Source of the DNA: Hamiltosporidium tvaerminnensis FI-OER-3-3
Lineage: Eukaryota; Fungi; Microsporidia
NCBI GenBank assembly: GCA_022605425.2
Contig: JAKIMF020000005.1
Location: 682,001-746,000 of the forward strand
DNA length: 64,000 nucleotides
Reading direction: 5' to 3'
The position numbers and the translations under genes are program-made. Of the stretch, positions 50,244 through 61,319 are shown in pieces (positions within the stretch are counted from its first letter, which is position 1; each line of letters starts with the position of its first letter). Under the pieces are notes generated by a model, which made no database searches, was not told where the DNA came from, and saw only the letters and a list, made by a program, of their open reading frames with translations.

Positions 50244-50963
50244 GCCGAGTATAGATAACCACATAAAAAACTTTCTGCACGGCAATGAGTGTGTGAAACT
50301 GGTGTGAGATCATTGTTTGGATTTTTGGTGGGAATAAAACCACAGACATCTTCGGTTGTTCAATGGAAGTTTGTATATGAAGGAGAAGGTCTAGTAAATA
50401 ACGAAACTTATCCTACAAATTTATTTGTAGTTTTTTATGTAGCTAGATTGCAAACTACAATTATACTTGTGAGTAATTGCTATGTATAAGCATGGAAATC
50501 CTAGCCTTGCTCACTCGGGTTAGAATACTATGTGCCTGTAAGATACAAAACAAAAAACCATTTAAAGCCAGGAAAGCTAAGTAGCAGGTTATACCTGTTC
50601 GTATGACATTGCACTGTCTAGGTGGTCCCCATGTAAATCTCTGAAATATATCTTAGCTAGAATTTTATTAGGTTCAGAAAGTGTAGAGTAAGTGAGAATA
50701 CTGCATAGTCTTGAGGATGCCCGGGGGGCTGGCTTCGGACTTCGATCACACTCTATGCAACGAACTCCGGGCAACCGTATTGCCTATTATTTAGGTTCTA
50801 CACACCTGGTAAATGAAAGGCTTTGGGACGTAGGTATCGCAGGGGTTACCGATGGAGTGTTGGGGTAGCAGTCATTTATGTTAAACCTAGAACTGCGTTA
50901 ATGTCATGAAAACAAATATAACACTTGCCACTATTTTAAAAAGATGTGATACTTTTAAATAAA
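50244..50963 (+). mobile_element. Family A repeat, copy 4
   Basis: Collinear with the other copies. Flanked by ATTGAATACAAA (50230-50241) and ATTGCAATACAAA (50963-50975). Confidence 0.9.
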
Positions 50964-51059
50964 TTGCAATACAAAGTAATTATAACTTAATTTATAATTC
51001 AAAAAATCCATAAAATATTTTCTAAATTAATTTAATAAAAAAACAAAATATTTTATAAT

Positions 51060-53228
51060 CTATTCTTCTCTTTCATAAAACAAAATATAAGCATTTTCTT
51101 TTTTAACATCATTAATTTTCATCACAATAGAATCATTCATACAATACCATTCTTCTCTTTTTATATATGCAGTATAATGCCCTGCTCCTGCTCCTAACTC
51201 ATAATGATTACAAATAGCTCGACAATTATATTTATAATTTCCAATTCTTAAATCTTCCAACGGGAAATCTATAAATATTCCTATTTTTTCTTCATATCCT
51301 TTATAATAGCAGAATCTTTTGAGATGTACAATAAAATATTTTGGTAAATATACAATATCAAGTTTTTTAGATCTATTTGTTGATTTATTACACTTTTCAC
51401 AAAATACAGCCTCTATACCTTTCAATATTTCCTTTTTGGTAAATAATTCTATACAATCATAAATATTTAAATTCTTTTCTGTTTCATTTACAAGATTCTT
51501 TTCAATATTAAAATTTTTACCAAATAAATCTGTGAATTCAGAATCTTTAAAAAATGCAGTAACAAATCCAAAATTATTTATATTTTTTTCTTTTTTAGAA
51601 AATTTTACTTCAAATTTATCCTTCCATTTTTCATATCCAAAAACTATGTTTGAAGAATTTATAAACGGTTCAATTTTGGAAACAATTTTTTCATAAATAT
51701 GTTCTACCGTATTGTTTTCTAATTTCAGAAGGAAAATGAAATTGAAATTGTAATTTAAAAAAATATACGCAAGTATTTTTATGTTCAGCCAAATATAATT
51801 TTCAGGTGACCACTCTTTATCTATTTCATAGCAATAAATATTTGTTTTTATAGATGAAAGTTTTGTACTTTCTTTTAATATTTCCACAATTTTATTATTT
51901 TTTACAGACACACATAAAATATCCAATTTAGTCGCATATCGTAGTTTTATAGCTTTTTTTAGTTCCTCAACTGTCCAATCAATTTCTGCCAATATTTTTA
52001 TAGGAATTCTGTTATCAGAATCGAAGGATAAAAATACTCCAAAATGAAATTTTTTCTTTTCTGGGATTGGAACAGTCAAATACATAAAAGGTTCGTATTT
52101 TTTACCCACTTCTCCACATTCCATACATTCCAGTGAGGATAAAACCTGTCCATAGAATAATTCTGTAATTATTGATCTGTTCACTTCAAGATATTTTTTC
52201 CAATATTCTTTAGGATTTTCTTCAATTATTTCTTTTTTTGAATTCGTTCCGTAACATAAATCTTCATGTAAAAAATTTAAAATATAATCCAATAATTCTG
52301 TAGCGTCTTGTTCTTGGAAATCTACAAATTTGCCTGTTTCGTTTCCTAAAACTCGTTTAAATGCACCTGGCATAACCACTGTCTTATTTTCCAACCACAT
52401 TTCTCTTAAAAGATCAGAAAATGCTATAGCCAATCTACCCTTCGATCCCAAAGGATTTTCTTTATTTATATGCATTTTATACGATTCTTCTATAAAATAA
52501 TGAATAAATTCCTCATAAACATTTAAACATTGAATTCCAGAATTCATAAAACAAGTATTTCCTAAATTAAATAAACCACAGAGACCACTTCCTTTCTGTT
52601 TTAAAAATATTAAACTCGTATTTAAATTTTTTCTTTTGGAAGAAATTATTAATTTTATTTCATCAGAATTTAAATATTTAAATTTCTGTTCGGGACATAT
52701 TTTTTCAGAATTTGGTTTTCGTACTTCGTATTTCTCTTTAAATTCTTGAAGTGGCATTTTATCTAAAAACAAAGTTTCAACAACGGAGAATATAAAATCC
52801 TCAGAAGAAACCAACGTACATTTACGCACAAACCGGTCACTCACCTCCACATCTTCATTACAATTCTCAAAAACATTTAAATCAGCCTTTTCAAAATAAA
52901 AAGTAACCAAAACTGGATTTTCTTCCAAAACAAATCCTTTTTCAGTTTCAATCACCTTTCGTTCAATCTCAACTTCAAATCCATTTTTTTTAAATATTTC
53001 CCAGTCTTCCGCAGACACAAAATCATAATCTACACCCTTTTTATATTTTGGATTTATTCTGCCATTCTGGTCTACCAAATAAGAATTTTTTACAAATTTT
53101 GATGTTCCTTTTTCACCTTTCAACATTTCTTTATTTACTGCATACCACTTCTGTCCATTCTTTATATTCTCATTTTTCAATGCTCTACTGTATTTTAGAT
53201 CAGTCATCGGTATGGGGGCAGGTGTCAT
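51060..53228 (-). CDS. Ubiquitin-specific protease, USP4/11/15 (Ubp12)-like
   Basis: Cys box GLFNLGNTCFMNSGIQCL, QEQDATE, C-x2-C pairs, VHLKRF, His box NHYELGAGAGHYTAY and W..NDS. N-terminal region is DUSP-like. Confidence 0.92.
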   Translation of the reverse strand: MTPAPIPMTDLKYSRALKNENIKNGQKWYAVNKEMLKGEKGTSKFVKNSYLVDQNGRINPKYKKGVDYDFVSAEDWEIFKKNGFEVEIERKVIETEKGFVLEENPVLVTFYFEKADLNVFENCNEDVEVSDRFVRKCTLVSSEDFIFSVVETLFLDKMPLQEFKEKYEVRKPNSEKICPEQKFKYLNSDEIKLIISSKRKNLNTSLIFLKQKGSGLCGLFNLGNTCFMNSGIQCLNVYEEFIHYFIEESYKMHINKENPLGSKGRLAIAFSDLLREMWLENKTVVMPGAFKRVLGNETGKFVDFQEQDATELLDYILNFLHEDLCYGTNSKKEIIEENPKEYWKKYLEVNRSIITELFYGQVLSSLECMECGEVGKKYEPFMYLTVPIPEKKKFHFGVFLSFDSDNRIPIKILAEIDWTVEELKKAIKLRYATKLDILCVSVKNNKIVEILKESTKLSSIKTNIYCYEIDKEWSPENYIWLNIKILAYIFLNYNFNFIFLLKLENNTVEHIYEKIVSKIEPFINSSNIVFGYEKWKDKFEVKFSKKEKNINNFGFVTAFFKDSEFTDLFGKNFNIEKNLVNETEKNLNIYDCIELFTKKEILKGIEAVFCEKCNKSTNRSKKLDIVYLPKYFIVHLKRFCYYKGYEEKIGIFIDFPLEDLRIGNYKYNCRAICNHYELGAGAGHYTAYIKREEWYCMNDSIVMKINDVKKENAYILFYEREE

Positions 53229-53429
53229 TTTTAATATTTTTTTTTTGTTTTATATAGCACGCCTTCCTTAAATGTTTAAAAATATAAAACATCCGCTAAA
53301 TTCGTTCTATTGGTTTTTTACAAAACTTTACTTTCTTCTGTTTTAGAATCAAAACGTTTCAAATTGCTTCTCTTTTTTCTTTAAAAATTATTTACCCAAA
53401 TAATTTATTTACCAAAATAGAAATACAAC

Positions 53430-53670
53430 AAAAAATCTTTTAATTCAAACAAATATACAAAAAATACTTCTAAAATACTTCTAAAAATTATTGTACAAAT
53501 ATACAAAAAAATCTTTAATTCAATCAAAAAATAATAAATAAATATTTCTGAAAATACTTCTAAAAATAAATATACAAAAAAATCTTTAATTCAATCAAAT
53601 ATTACAAAAAATACTAAACAAATATACAAAAAATACTTCTAAAAATTATTATATAAATATACAATAAACA
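53430..53670. repeat. Imperfect AT-rich tandem repeats upstream of the USP gene
   Basis: Recurrent AAAAATCTTTAATTCAA and AAATATACAAAAAATACTTCTAAAA units. Confidence 0.7.
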
Positions 53671-53929
53671 AAATTGTTCCTAGTGCTTTTATTTTTTAAA
53701 ATAATGTTTCTATACACTAGCATATAATTCTTTAAGATTGTTTTGAAAAATAAAAATTTTTACAAAAATATTTTACATTTTTTCTAAAAAGACAAATTAA
53801 TGATTTTTTTAGTTCTTCTTTTAATATCGTATTTTTATCAAGTAAACAAAAGAAAAATATAATAAAAAACAGTTATTAAAAATACGTACAAACTGAATTG
53901 ATACAAATTAAAATTTAAATGAACAAAAT

Positions 53930-54366
53930 ATATTTATCAAATAGAATCTGAGTTAAAATATTTTTTTTAATGATTTATTGCATCATTTTTTAGTTTTCCT
54001 CAACACCGAGAGATAAAAGAGGAATAAGTATGCAAGTAATTTCCAGACCACTGCCTTCCTCCAAATACAACTCTTCCTCTAGATTTAACTCTTCATTTAA
54101 AATTAATTGCTGATTCCTCGACTGTAGTTACACCATCTAAAATCATTACAGAATTATCCCATTCCTTTTTTAGCTTTCGATGTCGAGGATGAACAAATAT
54201 AACCTTTCCATTTGTTTCTTTTAATCATTTTTAAACCAGGATTATAAACGATCAGCCTATAGATCTAATGTTGTTTATATCCCAAAAATATGGGAACAAT
54301 TAATTTTACACCAATTCTACGTACTCATTGCCAACCAGATAGGTTTTAATGTGGTTATCTTCTCAA
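53930..54366 (-). mobile_element. Family B head fused to an R4-element 3' tail
   Basis: Minus strand: GATAACCACATTAAAA.. head, then GGTGTAACTACAGTCGAGGAATC..AAATGAAGAG..GAGGAAGAG and AAAATATTTTAACTCAGA..AAATA, matching 22374-22511. Confidence 0.65.
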
Positions 54367-54422
54367 CAACCATTAAAAATGAAGGCACAGTGTAATAGAA
54401 CGATGCATTTTTTAATCCCACA

Positions 54423-55150
54423 AAATAGATAATTCAAGTTTTCAAAATAGATTGGGAGTCCCTCAGCTCAAGAAATTCTTTATATTGAGTATGTGAGAGT
54501 TATAGTGGACACCAGAATTAAAACTGATGTCAAGATTCGGAATAACAAACCCGATATATTTATTTTAGATAAGAAGAAGAATAAGATAACATTCATTGAA
54601 GTAGGTCACATCCCTAGATTCACTTTAAATAAGCTGAAACTGAAAAACTTAGGAAGTATGACTTATTAGTACATAAGTTAGATATTATTTATAAGTGTAG
54701 TGTTGAGATAATTTCATTTGTGATATACAGGGGTGGTATTGTAATAAATACTATAAAAATATCTCAAAAGACTTAAAACATCTATGAATTAGAATATATA
54801 TTCAGTCGAAACTATACAAGAAGATATCGAAATAATTTTCTTTGATCTAAGAAAAAGAACTTGAACCAGGAAAAAATGCTGAAAAGAGTGAGTAAAGTGG
54901 CAAATCAATGTAATTAAGATAGCCGAGATTCAAGAAGAACCAATTCTCTCCTTAATACAGGCTGCATCGAGGAAGATTTTGTGAAACAAGCATAATAAAA
55001 AATAAAAAAAACTCCTTATTTTTGATGAAAGAGCCTAAAAAAAGGTAAATGAAACGTAGGATTTAGAGAAAGAGACTAATATGATTAAAAAGATAGTAGA
55101 ATTTATTTTAAAACGACGAAAATTATTTTTAAAAATTATTTGATCAAATA
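54423..55150 (+). mobile_element. R4-clade element 3' fragment (decayed)
   Basis: GTGGACACCAGAATTAAAACTGATGT..CGGAATAAC and TTAGGAAGTATGAC match the endonuclease region 21770-22500. Confidence 0.85.
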
Positions 55151-55306
55151 TCTAAATTCTGTTTAAAAATAAAAAAATAAATAAAATAAATATTTGAGTT
55201 TAATTCACGTTTTATAATGAAAGCAAATGTTAAAAATAAACCAACAAACTAATAGAAACGAATAAAAAAATTAAATTATTAAAATAAAAAGAATATTACA
55301 ACTACT

Positions 55307-57142
55307 TTAAACATATTTCAAACATATCTCTTCACACATATCACCACCAAAATACGTATCATTCATTATACAAATCCTAATTTGACTTGAAGAACCTGCA
55401 TTTTTACCATCAAACTCCCATAAAAGTTTCTTTTCCCCTTCAAAATCATAAAAACTAGAAACTTCATTATAAATTTTACCATCAATTATTATATAGACTG
55501 TCCATCTACACAGTCTTCTAAATGTTAAGAATGGTGCATGACATGCTTGTTCTTTATAATTACCTATCGAATTATAAAGCTTTACATCCATTTCTCCTTC
55601 TTGTTGTAGAATATATCCAGGGTCTTCTTCACATAATCCTATACTTTTAATTTTTATTTTTTCGTTATCTTCTAAAATTTTATCTAATGTAATATTTAAA
55701 GAAACTAACGCATTTTCCTCAATTTTAAAAATTTTAATTTCCTTTTTTTTTCGTTTCAATTCATCAGATTTTATATCAAATGAAACTGAAGACGTACCTG
55801 AATTCAATCCAGATTCGATTAAAGACATATTTGACATGTTTTCATTATTAAAGGAATTTTCATCTACATCACTGGCTTCTTCTTCTACATGTCCGGTACT
55901 TTTTACACCACAATTTATATTTTTAAAATATATTTTTGGTAATTTTTTAAAAAGTTCTAAATCCACTTTCAAATCGGCTTCTTCCAAAATACTTTTTAAA
56001 AATTCTTCAGTGTTTTCATAAACATTTCCTTTTCCTACAATTTTACCACCCAAAAGTATATTTTCGAATTTCACATGTGGATACTGCATCATCCAATACT
56101 CCGGATCAAATATTGCTTGTACAACCATTTTTTCAAATATAAAAATATTTTTCAAAACACTTTCTAAATTTCGAGCAAAGCAAATTTTTTTCATTGCATT
56201 TAATAAAGAAAGAGTGGTTCTTTGAATATATTCAATATCTTGTGTTTCTGATTTACCGGTTCTGAATAAATGATCACATAAAATAAAATATCCGTCACAT
56301 GCCTTTTTGTCATCCTTAAGCGGTACACCAAATTTATATTCAATTAAATTTTTAATTTCCGAAATATTTTTTGTTTTCCATTTTCTTTCTTTAAATTCCC
56401 TGGTTTCTGTCAAAATATTTATTAAATTTCTAACTGTTGAATATTCTGAAGTCCCTGAAACCAAATCACTAGAAATTTTACCATATAAATATTCCATCGT
56501 AGTATAATAAACACCAAGTTTATTTCTTTCTATATTTTTTTTCCATTTACTAACTGCCCATCTAGGAAATACCAATCCAAGAATTATAGCATATAAAATT
56601 AACATAACATATCCTTGATTAATAATCCACTTGGGAATCGCCACTATTTCATTTCCTTTTGCATCAATTTCCTCTTCAATCATTTTTTGAAATCCTTTTC
56701 CATCTTTCAATACATTATATGCCTTTCCTATCTCAACTTTTTTATTTTTATATTCTTCTTTACTACCTTCAGGCGCAAATACATCATCATACTTTTTATT
56801 CATCTTTCTAAATGCCTTTTTTATTTCCCTTTTACTTGCTTCCTCCTGTAATCCTAATACTTCATAAGGATTAAATATAGAACTTTTTCTTTCCATTTTT
56901 ATTGTAAAAATATTCTTTAAAAGAATACAAACAATAGGAATTAAAAATATCAAACTATTTATACCAAATCGCTTCCTTCTTACTTTCTTCGTACAAAAGT
57001 CACAAACACATGGAAATTCTAACACTTTAGATTTTAAAGTAAAATACTTATAAATCTTAAAAAGTGTTATAGGTAGAAGAATAGATAGGAAGAGATAACT
57101 AGAAGCAAGTCCTGAATCGTCATATTCGTAATTGTGCGACAT
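55307..57142 (-). CDS. SEC63: Sec63, ER translocon J-domain subunit
   Basis: N-terminal YEYDDSG....F...LLP.T, TM segments, J-domain NPYEVLG..IKKAFRK..KAY..L, then IVAIPKWI..G..L.LY, a Sec63/Brl region and C-terminal D.Y.G.D. CCC motif upstream of the ATG. Confidence 0.88.
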   Translation of the reverse strand: MSHNYEYDDSGLASSYLFLSILLPITLFKIYKYFTLKSKVLEFPCVCDFCTKKVRRKRFGINSLIFLIPIVCILLKNIFTIKMERKSSIFNPYEVLGLQEEASKREIKKAFRKMNKKYDDVFAPEGSKEEYKNKKVEIGKAYNVLKDGKGFQKMIEEEIDAKGNEIVAIPKWIINQGYVMLILYAIILGLVFPRWAVSKWKKNIERNKLGVYYTTMEYLYGKISSDLVSGTSEYSTVRNLINILTETREFKERKWKTKNISEIKNLIEYKFGVPLKDDKKACDGYFILCDHLFRTGKSETQDIEYIQRTTLSLLNAMKKICFARNLESVLKNIFIFEKMVVQAIFDPEYWMMQYPHVKFENILLGGKIVGKGNVYENTEEFLKSILEEADLKVDLELFKKLPKIYFKNINCGVKSTGHVEEEASDVDENSFNNENMSNMSLIESGLNSGTSSVSFDIKSDELKRKKKEIKIFKIEENALVSLNITLDKILEDNEKIKIKSIGLCEEDPGYILQQEGEMDVKLYNSIGNYKEQACHAPFLTFRRLCRWTVYIIIDGKIYNEVSSFYDFEGEKKLLWEFDGKNAGSSSQIRICIMNDTYFGGDMCEEICLKYV

Positions 57143-58184
57143 AAAATGAGGGTTGAATTGTTTTTTAAAATAAAAACTTAAAATTTTTAAAAAAAAATTA
57201 TTTATTGGAAAAGAAGAAATAATTAACTTGGTAGAAAATTATTGTTGTAGAATTAATGTAAGATATCAGGTGTGTTAAAGTAAGTGATTATATTAAAATT
57301 TGTTGGTTTGGGATTAAATTTGAATATTTTTGAGAAAAAAAGGCAAAATATTCGAACTTTTTTATTTTCCTAATTTTGTGCCTAAAATAAAATATTTTGT
57401 AATAAAAAAAGTATAAATTAATTCAAAAAGACGATAATCTTGTAAAAGTCACATTATAATATTAATAAAATGAAGAACCATTATAAAATAGATACAAGCC
57501 CATAAATGCAACCATACTACGGTTAGTAAATATAATAAAGAGATATGAAGTCATTCGAATTTTAGTTAGAAATTTTAGTATCTCCTAGTGAAGAATTTTC
57601 ATATTATGTCAAAGAATTATTTGTACATCATTAAATAACTTTAAAAATTACTAAATTCATTGTCTAAAAACTAAGCCTTATTGCTAAAAATATTTATTCA
57701 TTTTATGAAATCTAGAAAGTGAAGAATAGCATTGAGTTTTTTGAGTACAAATAAGTTTAGAAGAATAAGAAAATCACTGAATTTTATGGTTTTAAAAATA
57801 AAAAAGGAAGATTATTTATGTTATTTCTACTAACATCTGAAAACCTAAAGCGCCAAATGACAGAGAATGGTTCGCGCATAAATCGAAAAATATGTTCGAG
57901 CCGTAATATTTCATCCAAGTTAATATAAAAACAGGTTTACTATTTTAATTTCGAGGAAAAAACGTGTTATAATATAATGAAAGAAATGACTAAAAAGAAA
58001 AATGAGAAAACCTATGATTTTATTCAAAAAATATATGTATATTTATAGAACCTTTTTTTTGTATAAATCAGATAACCAATGAAAATTGTGATGCACACAA
58101 AGGAATTATAAGGGCATCATACATGTTATAAGAGGTTTTTGATGCAGAAATATATAGTGATTAGTTCCTTTATTGATAAAAAAA

Positions 58185-58850
58185 GTGGAGAGAGTAAACC
58201 TCTTTAAAAAAAATTGCTTGGCAATGAATAGGCGAATTGATGTAATGAATATTATTTGGATTATTGGTGGGGGTAAAGCTACACTACATTTTCGGTTGTC
58301 TCATGCCATTTATATAAAGAGGAGAAAGTCTACTAAATAATGAAACTTTTCAAAAAATATATTTTGGGGTTTTTCATGTAAGAAATCGTAGGTTTCGATT
58401 GTAGTTTTAAGTAAGTACCACCAAAAAGCATAAAACCTAGCCTTTCTCACTCGAGATAAAAGACATTGTCCATAGGAATACATCAATAATTTCTTTGAAG
58501 CCAGGAAATATAAGTAGCAGGCTTTACTGGTTGTTATGACATTGCATTGTCTAGTTGAAACTCATCTAACTCGCCGCAATATAGCTTAGCTAGAAGTTTA
58601 TTGAGTTCAGAATGTGTAGAGCAAGTGTAAATGCTTAATAGTCTCAGGAGAAGGTTCCCACGGTGGAGATAGAACTGTAATCCCACAAAATGGAAGGAGA
58701 CTTGACGAACATCAAGCCAACATCTCGCCTATTAATATGACTCTACATATCCTTCAGATAAAAGGCTTTTGAATGTATGTATTATAAGGATATGGATTCA
58801 GTTTTGTGGAACAAGTATTTGTTTAGTATTCTACTACATAATTATGGTTT
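58185..58850 (+). mobile_element. Family A repeat, diverged copy
   Basis: TGCTTGGCAATGA, AAACCTAGCCTT.CTCACTCG, AAGTAGCAGG, TATGACATTGCA.TGTCTAG, AAAGGCTTT. Confidence 0.75.
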
Positions 58851-58865
58851 ATTGGATTTCCTTAT

Positions 58866-59238
58866 TATTTAATTAAAATCTAGGTTAACAAGTTTTCTCT
58901 CTTTACAATAATTTCTTCCATTTTAACCGATTCATTATCTTCTTCTAAGTACGACTCTTCGTTTATATTTATTGTCGGTTCTTTACTGTGGTTCAACTAT
59001 CCAAAATAAAGCGTATAAAATTTTGGTATTTAGTTGTTTAACACCATATTTCTCATTATTAGCCCCTTTTAAAAGGTCTCTTGGTTGGTTAGCATCTCCG
59101 CTCCCGAAATAACATCTAATGCCGCCTTCACCCAGCTCTCTTGGTTATTTGGTCCCGACTCAAGTCCTCTTGGTCAAACAAAGGAAATCGTTTCGACTAT
59201 CTTTTTGTGTACTATGGATTGTATATATACCCTACATT
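58866..59238 (-). mobile_element. R4-clade element 3' fragment
   Basis: Reverse complement matches QSIV.KK.VETISFD.RG..ESW through to ATTAAATA. Confidence 0.8.
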
Positions 59239-59394
59239 TTGAATCTCTTTATAAAATATAAAATTATATTTTGTTTAAACCCGATTGGACTTTCTATGAA
59301 GGCCAGAGGGAAAATGAAATTTCATAGGAGAATTTTTTTTATTTTTACTTCTTTTTTTATCAATTTAATTTCTATTCAATAAAATCACGTAAAA

Positions 59395-61059
59395 CTAGAC
59401 GTTAAGCTCGTAGAAACGAATTTTCTTTTACATTCCTAAGAAAAAAAATCCGAAAATACTCCTAAACTTCAAGATCTGAGCCATACTTTCTTAAAATTTT
59501 ATTTTGAGTTTTACATCTCACCTAGTCTGTTCTTCGTATATTTTTAGTCTTTCATTTTTGATTATTTGCCGCTCTTAAGCAATTCCTCAATAAAATTTAG
59601 AATATTCTTTAATAGCATATTCTTTTGCTTAAATTTTATTTACTTTTAAATTTTCAAAACAGCAGCTCGGTATTTTATTTCTAGCCTGTTCACTTTCTAC
59701 TTATTTTTATTTAATTCTGTCTTTTTTCTCAAAGAAATTTATTTTGATGAAGAAGTTTCTTTTTCTGAAAACACTGTTTTTTTAACTATATGCTATTAGT
59801 TAATTTATTTATTGTATAAATTCTTAAGTGGAGGAAGGATAACCACATAAAAAATTTTTTGCTTGGCAATGAGTCTGTGAAACTGGTATGTGGATCATTG
59901 TTTGGATTTTTGGTGGAAATCAAACAACCCTACATCTTCGGTTATTCCATGGGGGTTGTTATAGAGAGGAGGGGTCTAAGAAATGTAGAAACTTTTTTTA
60001 CAAATTTATTTGTAGTTTTTTATGTAACCAGATGGCAGACCGCAGCTGAGACTGTAGGTATTGCCATGTAAAAGCATGGAAACCTAGCCTTGCACACTCG
60101 GGTTAGAAGACTTAGCGCCTGGGTGATATAAAACAAAAAACCCATTAAAATCCAGGAAAACTAAGAGGCAAGTTATACCTGTTGGTATGACATTACACTG
60201 TCTAGGTAGATCTTATGTAAATCTCTGAAATATATCTTAGAAAGAAGTTTATTAGGTTCAGAAAGTGTAGAGTAAGTGGGAATGCTGCATAGTCTTGGGG
60301 ACCCGAGGGGCTTCGATCACATTCTATGCAACTGCATTAACGAACTCCGGGCAACTGCCTCGCCTATTATTTAGGTTCTACACACCTGTTAGATGAAAGG
60401 CTATGGGACTAGGTATCGCAGGGGTTACCAATGAAATGTTCGGGTAGCAGTTATTTATGTTAAAGATAGAACAGCGTTAATGTCATGAAAAAAAATATAA
60501 CACTTGCCCCTATTTTAAAAAAGATTCGGTACTTTTAAATAAAGGTATAAATTTTTAGTTAGTTTCATAAAAAAATCTTTTAATTTAATCAAGTATAAAT
60601 TTTCACGAAGCCATTCAAGCAAAATTGTTTTATGCAATTATTATTGAGGATATACATAAATTGCACGGAAGAATGATAGAAAAACATCAATCTTATCCTA
60701 CGATTTTTTATCTAACTATAAATTCATAGAAAAGAAATCAGACCAAATTGATTTTAACTTTTTTTAAATAGAATACTTAGGAAAAATAAAAAAAATATAT
60801 TTATTTGTTTTTCATGCATATTAATTCGGTCTAGAAACAATTTTACAATTTTTATTTCAAATATTTTTTTGAACCAATAAAATCTTTTTAATTTTTTAAT
60901 GTTCGCTTCTACTCACTATTATTGGTTGTGTAGGATTTATGAACAAATTGAAAGTGACATATTTTAACTGAAGCACGTTTACGGTGTATTATAGTTTTTT
61001 AACGAATTAAACATTTCGAGGTGAGTCGTCGTCGAGACATTACTGAATTATATAAATTA
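59395..61059 (-). mobile_element. Non-autonomous Helitron, copy 2, interrupted by a family A insertion
   Basis: Same ends as 26185..27115 (ACTAGAC...GCTCGTAGAAACGAA; AACATTTCGAGGTGAGTCGTC). Homology stops at about 59826 and resumes at about 60545. Confidence 0.72.
59828..60543 (+). mobile_element. Family A repeat, copy 5, with target-site duplication
   Basis: GTGGAGGAAGGATAACCACAT...TTTAAATAAA flanked by GTATAAATTCTTA (59814-59826) and GTATAAATTTTTA (60545-60557). Confidence 0.92.
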
Positions 61060-61319
61060 TTTTTCCTATTCTGTTTTATTTGTGTTTAAATTTATAATTG
61101 TTTCAATTTATTATTTCTTTATTTGATCAATCAAGATCAGCATCGGTCTTCATCAATTCCATTTAAGTTTTTGTTGACATTTATTCATGTAAAGCCTTTT
61201 CTTTGTCTGAAAAAACAGTTTTACCCGTGATAATGTATAAGTACATCTAAGAATTTCATTGTTTCTTAATTATATTGATTGAAATTTTGTAATTTAATCA
61301 GGTATAAAATTACATGAGA

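Noticed and set aside
50566-50592. SRP RNA helix 8 (CAGG-N10-AGCA) in family A
   Set aside because: The intervening 10 nt do not form the stem and GNRA loop, and the segment pairs better in another hairpin.
50806-50820. Hammerhead ribozyme core in family A
   Set aside because: No CTGANGA box with stem II before GAAA.
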